Of a stretch of DNA of 64,000 nucleotides, positions 58,756-64,000 are shown one piece after another. Position 1 is the first letter of the stretch. The number at the start of each line of letters is the position of its first letter. The notes beneath the pieces were generated by a model. That model did no database searches. It was not told the origin of the DNA and worked only from the letters and a program-made list of their open reading frames with translations. This DNA is from Polyangiaceae bacterium (GTDB lineage: Bacteria > Myxococcota_A > Polyangia > Polyangiales > Polyangiaceae): NCBI GenBank assembly GCA_044376115.1, contig JBILLK010000002.1, forward strand, positions 192,001 to 256,000. The letters run 5' to 3'. Made by a program: the position numbers and the translations under genes.

Positions 58756-59246
58756 AATCGATCACTCCATCCGAGTACGAGCCGTCCAAGTGAGCTCGAC
58801 GTCACCATCACGTCTTGCTGCCACCGAAGGCCAGCCCCAAAGCCGATCTCGGCAAAGAACCCTGTGTGAAACGTGACATAGGCGTTCAGCTTGGCTGCCC
58901 CACCTAGGTACAACCCGAGGGCGGTCTCCTCAGACGGTTGGTCCCATAGCGAAGCGGCGAACCCAAGCTTCGGACCAAGCATGAGGTTGATCCAATTGCC
59001 GGGGAAAATGAAAACGTAGTCAGCCGCCACAAGCGCCCGGAAGTCGTCGAAACGTGGGAGCTGGCCTTCTTCGAGGAATATGGGCCGCTCCCACGCGAGC
59101 CGAACGCCAATCTCGAAACCCTGCAGCAGTTGATGGGCCAAGCCAAGTTCGGCGCCTAAGCTTGCGAGGCTCGACGCCGAACGGTCCCCAATTCGGACTT
59201 GGGTCGGGGAGAATCCGACTACGCCGGCGGTCACTTGGGTGGGCAT
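58752..59246 (-). CDS. Small outer-membrane beta-barrel-like protein
   Basis: Alternating beta strands and C-terminal LVLGWSDRF. The frame is open upstream with a signal-peptide-like stretch up to about 59375, so the true start is uncertain. Confidence 0.5.
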   Translation of the reverse strand: MPTQVTAGVVGFSPTQVRIGDRSASSLASLGAELGLAHQLLQGFEIGVRLAWERPIFLEEGQLPRFDDFRALVAADYVFIFPGNWINLMLGPKLGFAASLWDQPSEETALGLYLGGAAKLNAYVTFHTGFFAEIGFGAGLRWQQDVMVTSSSLGRLVLGWSDRF

Positions 59247-59378
59247 GCTGCGGTGTGCGGCTGTCTCGTCGGCTTCGTGCGCGTTCGCTCGCTGCTCCAA
59301 GCTCGCCGCTAGGAATGAACAAAAGGCGACGCGCCCGAAGGCGGCAGTTGCCTTCGAGCGCGTTGATTTTACTACTTG

Positions 59379-59462
59379 TGCGAAGCAGAGGACTTGAACC
59401 TCCACGGGATTGCTCCCACTGGAACCTGAATCCAGCGCGTCTGCCAATTCCGCCAGCCTCGC
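59379..59462 (-). tRNA. tRNA-Leu(CAG), CCA not encoded
   Basis: Acceptor stem GCGAGGC/GCTTCGC plus discriminator A; D-arm TGGCGGAATTGGCAGACGCG; anticodon arm CTGGA-TTCAGGT-TCCAG; long variable arm; T-loop GGTTCAAGTCC. Confidence 0.97.
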
Positions 59463-59546
59463 GAGTGATTGGGGTTCTAGCGCAGACTGACCCAATTGCG
59501 CAACGCCTTCTTGCGCTTGATGCGTTTGCGAGGCCAAACTCCTCCC

Positions 59547-60167
59547 ATGTTGCGCCGAACTTTCGTTGGGACTCTGGGGATCGGTGTGCTTTGCACGTCG
59601 AACCAGCTGCTTGCTCGACCCAGCGCGCCACCCATTCCACCGATTCCGCTGCGCATCTGGGTCGCCCAACGGATCGCTGACAATGCTCCCACGGATGTGG
59701 TCACCGAAGAGTTCATCGCTGAGCAGCTCGGTCAAGCCAATCAACTGTTCGGCGGTTTCGGGCTCAGCTTTGAGGATCGCGTCGATCACGGCTCAATCCT
59801 AAACCTGACGGACCTCGAGACGCGCCAAGACCGCAATGCTCTCGCTGGCCAGCTTGCAAAGGGCAGCTGCAACGTGTTTTTCGTTGGACGTCTTCGAGAC
59901 GTCGACGACCCCCAGCGCCATCGCATGGGCGTGATGTGGCGCAACCTTGCCAATCTGAAGCAGAAGTATGTGATCGTTTCAAGCCAGGCACGGGAGACCA
60001 CGCTCGCTCACGAACTCGGGCACTACCTCGGAAATGGGCACTCAAGCGTGATGAACAACCTAATGAGCTATGAGCGAGACGGCGGGGACGTTTTCCTCGA
60101 TGAAAACCAGGGTGCGAAGGCGCGGAAAACCGCGCGAGCGCTCTTTGCTTCCAAGGAGCTGCAGTGA
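59547..60167 (+). CDS. Secreted metzincin metallopeptidase
   Basis: Signal peptide; HELGHYLGNGH zinc motif and NNLM Met-turn. Confidence 0.8.
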   Translation: MLRRTFVGTLGIGVLCTSNQLLARPSAPPIPPIPLRIWVAQRIADNAPTDVVTEEFIAEQLGQANQLFGGFGLSFEDRVDHGSILNLTDLETRQDRNALAGQLAKGSCNVFFVGRLRDVDDPQRHRMGVMWRNLANLKQKYVIVSSQARETTLAHELGHYLGNGHSSVMNNLMSYERDGGDVFLDENQGAKARKTARALFASKELQ

Positions 60168-60586
60168 CGAAGGACCATCGGGTGAGTCGCTTTGCGATCG
60201 TGAGCCTCGGGTTGATGGTCGCTGCGGTTGGTTGCACGATTAAGCCAAAGGGGGGCAGCGGCGGATCTGCAGGCGAGGGAGGGCAGGGTGGATCTGGGGG
60301 CGCGGGCGGAGCAGGCGAGTGTGAAGCCAAAGTAACGTGCGACGACTGCCGAGTCTGTGCCTCTAACGGTCCCTGCGCCGATGAGTTAGCCGCATGTGCC
60401 GCTAACTCGGCTTGCGTTGCGATCGACCAGTGCGTCACCTTTCTGTGCGACGGAACTGCGGCCGAGTGCCTCGAGTCATGTCAGGCGCAAAACCCGTCGG
60501 GAAGCGGCGTCTACAACGCCGCACGGGGCTGTGTCGAATGCGACGCCTGCTTTGGCCCGTGCGGCTCGGAGCTTATTTGCGGGTAG
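60164..60586 (+). CDS. Small Cys-rich lipoprotein
   Basis: Lipobox AVGC, Gly linker, and CxxC/CxxxC-rich C-terminal domain. Confidence 0.7.
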   Translation: MTKDHRVSRFAIVSLGLMVAAVGCTIKPKGGSGGSAGEGGQGGSGGAGGAGECEAKVTCDDCRVCASNGPCADELAACAANSACVAIDQCVTFLCDGTAAECLESCQAQNPSGSGVYNAARGCVECDACFGPCGSELICG

Positions 60587-61886
60587 CTGCGCGGCGCGGG
60601 CGTGCCGGCTGCTTTGCTGCACCCGTCGCCCGGTCGCTGCGCTCGCGTGACGGAGCGGTGCGGTCGCTGCGCTCGCGGGGCGGAGCGGTGCGGTCGCTGC
60701 GCTCGCGTGACGGAGCGGTGCGGTCGCTGCGCTCGCGGGGCGGAGCGGTGCGGTCGCTGCGCTCGCGGGGCGGAGCGGTGCGGTCGCTGCGCTCGCGTGA
60801 CGGAGCGGTGCGGTCGCTCCGCTCACGGGGCGGAGCGGTGCGGTCGCTCCGCTCGCGGGGCGGAGCGGTGCGGTCGCTGCGCTCGCGTGACGGAGCGGTG
60901 CGGTCGCTGCGCTCGCGTGACGGAGCGGTGCGGTCGCTGCGCTCGCGTGACGGAGCGGTGCGGTCGCTGCGCTCGCGCGGCGGTACGGTGCGGTCGCTGC
61001 GCTCGCGTGGCGGAGCGGTGCGGTCGCTGCGCTCGCGGGGCGGTGCGGTGTCACTTCGCTCGTCTGGCTGGGCTACGGGTCTTGGCGGTCGCTTCGCATC
61101 CGAAACCCGGACCGGGCGCGGTAGCCGCTGGGGCCGTGCAGGGAGCTCCTGCATACGCGGTACCTTCTTGGGGACACCGTACGTTTCCTTCAGCAGGGAG
61201 AGTTCCTGCCAATTCAGCATGCGCGCCTGCCCCGGTCGAAGTCCCTCGTGCGTCACGCCGGCAAAACTCGTCCGAGCAAGCCTCATGACCAAAAAGCCGG
61301 TTGCCTCTCCCATGCGGCGGATTTGCTGATTTCGCCCCTCTCGGATGGTGATTTCAAACCAGGTTCGGTCCTCCTCGTGGCGAATGATGGAGACCTGGGC
61401 CGGGAGCGTCCTGCCGTCCTCTAACTCCACTCCTTGCTCCCAGCGGCGAATGTCGTCGGCGTCCATGATGCCGCGAACCTTCACTACGTAGGTCTTCGGA
61501 ACTCCACCCTTTGGGTGGAGCATGGCGTTGGAGAACTCGCCATCGTTGGTCGCAAGCAGCACGCCGCTCGTGGCAAAGTCTAAACGCCCAACGGGGAAGA
61601 GGCGGCTGCCAAGCGGTCGGAGGTGGTCAGCAACAGTGGGTCGCCCCTCAGGATCGCTGAGCGTGGACACGACGTTGCGCGGCTTGTGCAGCACGACGTA
61701 AACGAAGTCTTCGGCCACGAGCCTCCGTCCATCCACCTCAACGCGGTCGGTTCGAGGGTCCGCGCTCGTCCCGAGTTCGGTAACCACCCGGCCGTTTACT
61801 CGCACTCGGCCCGAGGTAATGAGTGACTCTGCAGCGCGCCGGGAGGAAACCCCAGCGCGTGCGATGATTTTCTGCAGACGTTCCAT
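60573..61886 (-). CDS. rluB: rRNA pseudouridine synthase (RluB/RsuA family) with a repetitive charged tail
   Basis: S4 domain MERLQKIIARAGVSSRR; HKP, VGRLD (catalytic Asp) and EGRNQQIRRM motifs. Confidence 0.88.
   Translation of the reverse strand: MERLQKIIARAGVSSRRAAESLITSGRVRVNGRVVTELGTSADPRTDRVEVDGRRLVAEDFVYVVLHKPRNVVSTLSDPEGRPTVADHLRPLGSRLFPVGRLDFATSGVLLATNDGEFSNAMLHPKGGVPKTYVVKVRGIMDADDIRRWEQGVELEDGRTLPAQVSIIRHEEDRTWFEITIREGRNQQIRRMGEATGFLVMRLARTSFAGVTHEGLRPGQARMLNWQELSLLKETYGVPKKVPRMQELPARPQRLPRPVRVSDAKRPPRPVAQPDERSDTAPPRERSDRTAPPRERSDRTVPPRERSDRTAPSRERSDRTAPSRERSDRTAPSRERSDRTAPPRERSDRTAPPRERSDRTAPSRERSDRTAPPRERSDRTAPPRERSDRTAPSRERSDRTAPPRERSDRTAPSRERSDRATGAAKQPARPRRAATRK
60631..61050. 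repeat. 14 x 30-bp tandem repeat within rluB (encodes RERSDRTAP[S/P])
   Basis: Unit CGGTCGCTGCGCTCGCG(T/G)G(A/G)CGGAGCGGTG repeated head-to-tail with no spacers. Confidence 0.95.
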
Positions 61887-61889
61887 GGC

Positions 61890-62738
61890 TCAGTCTTTCG
61901 GCGCAGCGTCTTCTTGCGCGGCCTTCTTTTCCTGAGCTCGTTTGGCTGCAGGCTTGCGTTCGGTCTTCTTCTTGGTGCTGTCCTCCCCTTCGGAGGACTC
62001 ATCAGCGGCGGCGTATTCGCCCGCTTTGCGTTCTGCTTCTGCCTTCTCGTTTGCTTTGCGAGCCGCCTCTTCTTCTTCGCGCCGTTCCTTGTCTTCTCGG
62101 GTACGACGCACGTCGCTGTCATAGTCCCAGCGGTCCACTCGCTCATCACCGTCAACGTCGACGCCCATTCGCTCGAGCGACCCGTTGGACGAGTACATCT
62201 CCCAGATGTCCGGCTTACCATCGGCGTTGGTGTCGCGTTTGGCCCGGGTAACGCGGCCAGCTGAGAAGTAGGTCCACTCGTCGGGGTTCCCGTCGTAGTT
62301 TCGATCCTGCTTTTCTTCGGCGATGCGACCCTTGGTGAACACGAGCCAAGTGTCGATACGGCCGTCGTGGTTGGTGTCGGCTTCCTCGAACAATGCCTCG
62401 CCCTTGTCGTTGTACTTCCTCACGACGTCCTTGGCGCCGTCGAGGTTGCTGTCGATCTCCCGGCACACCAAGATCCTTTGCCGGTCCTGGCCTTGGCCTA
62501 CGATCGCGAACACGCGCCTGACGTTCGGCATCACCGAGCCTGGGCCCGCCGTCTCGACGACGTCGCGGTCCTGTCGGCCACGCCACTCGCATTTCGACTG
62601 GTCGTCAATCGACCCGTCGGCAAGCCGCTTCACCGGTATCTCTCGAACCGGACTGTTGAACGCTTGTTGAGGTGTGGAGGAACAGGCGCCAAGGACCGTG
62701 GCCAAAGCCACAGCGCTGAGGACTCGCAATCGGATCAT
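61890..62738 (-). CDS. Lipoprotein with Dx[DN]xDG repeats and a charged tail
   Basis: Lipobox LGAC; DSNLDG, DTNHDG, DRNYDG, DTNADG and DVDGD repeats at roughly 22-aa period. Confidence 0.75.
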   Translation of the reverse strand: MIRLRVLSAVALATVLGACSSTPQQAFNSPVREIPVKRLADGSIDDQSKCEWRGRQDRDVVETAGPGSVMPNVRRVFAIVGQGQDRQRILVCREIDSNLDGAKDVVRKYNDKGEALFEEADTNHDGRIDTWLVFTKGRIAEEKQDRNYDGNPDEWTYFSAGRVTRAKRDTNADGKPDIWEMYSSNGSLERMGVDVDGDERVDRWDYDSDVRRTREDKERREEEEAARKANEKAEAERKAGEYAAADESSEGEDSTKKKTERKPAAKRAQEKKAAQEDAAPKD

Positions 62739-63547
62739 GGCTGCGCTTTCGGAGCGGGGGTGGGTGCACTGACGGTGGGGACCGCCGAAGCGGGAGCTGT
62801 TGCGGCAGGCGGCGGCGCCGAGGGAGCAGGAGGCGGCGGCGCCGAGGGAGCAGGAGGCGGCGGCGCCGAGGGAGCAGGAGGCGGCGGGGGTGCAACTGCG
62901 CCGGTCCCGGCGTTGCCAGTTGCGGCGGAGGTTGCGGCCGCTGCTTGAGGATCGGGAGGGGGCTTGTAGCCCTCTCCACACATATCGACCGAACTATCGG
63001 GGTCTGGCTGCCCATCGGTGTTGCGGTCGCTCGTAACCACAGCACACTGCGGTTGATCCGGTCGGTTGAAATCCCACCATTCATCGACCACACCATCGCC
63101 GTCGCTGTCGCGCTCCGTCTTAGCGAGGCGGCCGGACGTGTAGAACTCCCAGGTGTCGAGCTTCGTGTCGAAGTTCGTCTCCAGCTCCTTCGAAACCAGC
63201 TGCCCCTTGTCGTACGTGGCGATCTCGTCAGGGATGCCGTCCCGGTCAAAGTCCGACTCTCGGCGCCGCATCGCACCCGAGGCGTCGTAGTAGAGAAACG
63301 AATCCTTAACGCCGTCGAAATTGAGATCGAGCGCGCGACAAACCTCGACGCTGCCGCTCATCACTTTGACGATGTCGGGGAGCCCGTCGCCATTGACGTC
63401 GGTGCGCCTCGCGGAACCCGAATCGACGTCACAGGCCTCGTGAGTCAAGGCCAAAGAGCGCTCCCCACTGGCTGGTTTTGCCTCCTCAGCACCGGCTCCG
63501 CAGCCAAGCAACGCAGCCGCACCTACAAACCACCGCAATCCCGTCAT
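62735..63547 (-). CDS. Lipoprotein with Dx[DN]xDG repeats and a Pro-rich tail
   Basis: Lipobox LLGC; DVNGDG, DLNFDG, DFDRDG, DSDGDG and DRNTDG repeats; 21-bp repeats encoding SAPPPPA. Confidence 0.75.
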   Translation of the reverse strand: MTGLRWFVGAAALLGCGAGAEEAKPASGERSLALTHEACDVDSGSARRTDVNGDGLPDIVKVMSGSVEVCRALDLNFDGVKDSFLYYDASGAMRRRESDFDRDGIPDEIATYDKGQLVSKELETNFDTKLDTWEFYTSGRLAKTERDSDGDGVVDEWWDFNRPDQPQCAVVTSDRNTDGQPDPDSSVDMCGEGYKPPPDPQAAAATSAATGNAGTGAVAPPPPPAPSAPPPPAPSAPPPPAPSAPPPAATAPASAVPTVSAPTPAPKAQP

Positions 63548-63687
63548 TTCCGAGCAGTCTAGCCGCCAAGGTCGACGCGAGCAATCACCCCGATTGACAA
63601 CATACGTATCAGCATCTAGGGTAACGCCTTGTCAGTGCTTCCTTTCTCGGGAGTGCTCGTCGATTGTGGTGAAGAGGGCTCTGGGCG

Positions 63688-63936
63688 ATGTCGCGGAAGA
63701 AAGTCTCGACAACCATCTACATCACCCCGGAGCAAGCGGACCGCTTGAAGCTCCTGCACGACCGCACCAAGGTGCCGATCGCGGTGTACATCCGCGAAGG
63801 AATCGACATGGTGCTCCGGCACTATGACCACGTGCTTCCAGGACAAATGTCGCTGGAAGTAACGCCACCGCCCGCTTCCGTCGCCCCGCCGCCTGACGTG
63901 AAGAGCTCGACCGACGAGCGCAATCGACGCGGCTGA
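63688..63936 (+). CDS. cdbA: Ribbon-helix-helix protein, CdbA-like c-di-GMP-binding nucleoid-associated protein
   Basis: MSRKKVSTTIYITPEQ...L...TKVPIAVYIREGIDMVL..Y...LPGQ matches my recollection of the myxobacterial CdbA RHH family. Confidence 0.65.
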   Translation: MSRKKVSTTIYITPEQADRLKLLHDRTKVPIAVYIREGIDMVLRHYDHVLPGQMSLEVTPPPASVAPPPDVKSSTDERNRRG

Positions 63937-64000
63937 GAACCATCGGGGCTCGATGGCGTGTGCTCGACCGGCGCAAGCATTGCTTGCGTCGCGACGGCGA

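Noticed and set aside
55119..59462. Integrative element at tRNA-Leu
   Set aside because: No integrase is present, and I saw no duplicated tRNA 3' end in the window.
59376..59789. N-terminal part of the 345-aa ORF 58752..59789
   Set aside because: It runs through the tRNA-Leu gene and overlaps the opposite-strand metallopeptidase; only the part downstream of the tRNA is plausible.
60631..61050. Possible CRISPR array (30-bp repeats)
   Set aside because: Units are head-to-tail with no unique spacers, lie in frame within rluB, and no cas genes are in the window.

Overview
GC-rich chromosomal window with a myxobacterial (Polyangiaceae/Sorangiineae-like) gene repertoire: many Gly/Ser-linker lipoproteins, Ser/Thr kinases, FHA and PEGA proteins, a TIGR04551-type barrel and a CdbA-like RHH protein. 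From left to right it holds: (1) the tail of a contractile-injection/T6SS spike cassette (pentapeptide repeat, DUF3540, DUF4150/PAAR-like fused to an S41 protease); (2) a SatP-family transporter; (3) a 7-gene minus-strand operon (lipoprotein, Tat hydrolase, outer-membrane barrel, lipoprotein, mini-PhaE, acyl-CoA ligase, PhaC) divergent from phaR; (4) a eukaryote-like COMM-domain gene directly after phaR; (5) thiC, assorted hydrolases and lipoproteins, a HerA-like ATPase, kinases and a TPR-dynamin; (6) an ECF sigma factor behind a sigma54 promoter and a TGTTACG repeat array; (7) a type IV pilin cluster with pilR; (8) rimO, carA, a TPR-GT41 glycosyltransferase, tRNA-Leu(CAG), rluB with a 14 x 30-bp repeat tail, two DxDxDG lipoproteins and cdbA. 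The strongest candidate for an undescribed system is a putative PhaR regulon. A near-palindrome, TGTTGC-N3-GCA-N3, occurs twice upstream of satP, once upstream of the uptake/PHA operon and, as an identical 15-mer to that one, upstream of the COMMD-like gene. This would link an outer-membrane ester/PHA scavenging apparatus and a eukaryote-like COMMD protein to PHA metabolism. All calls come from motif reading by eye; no searches were run.
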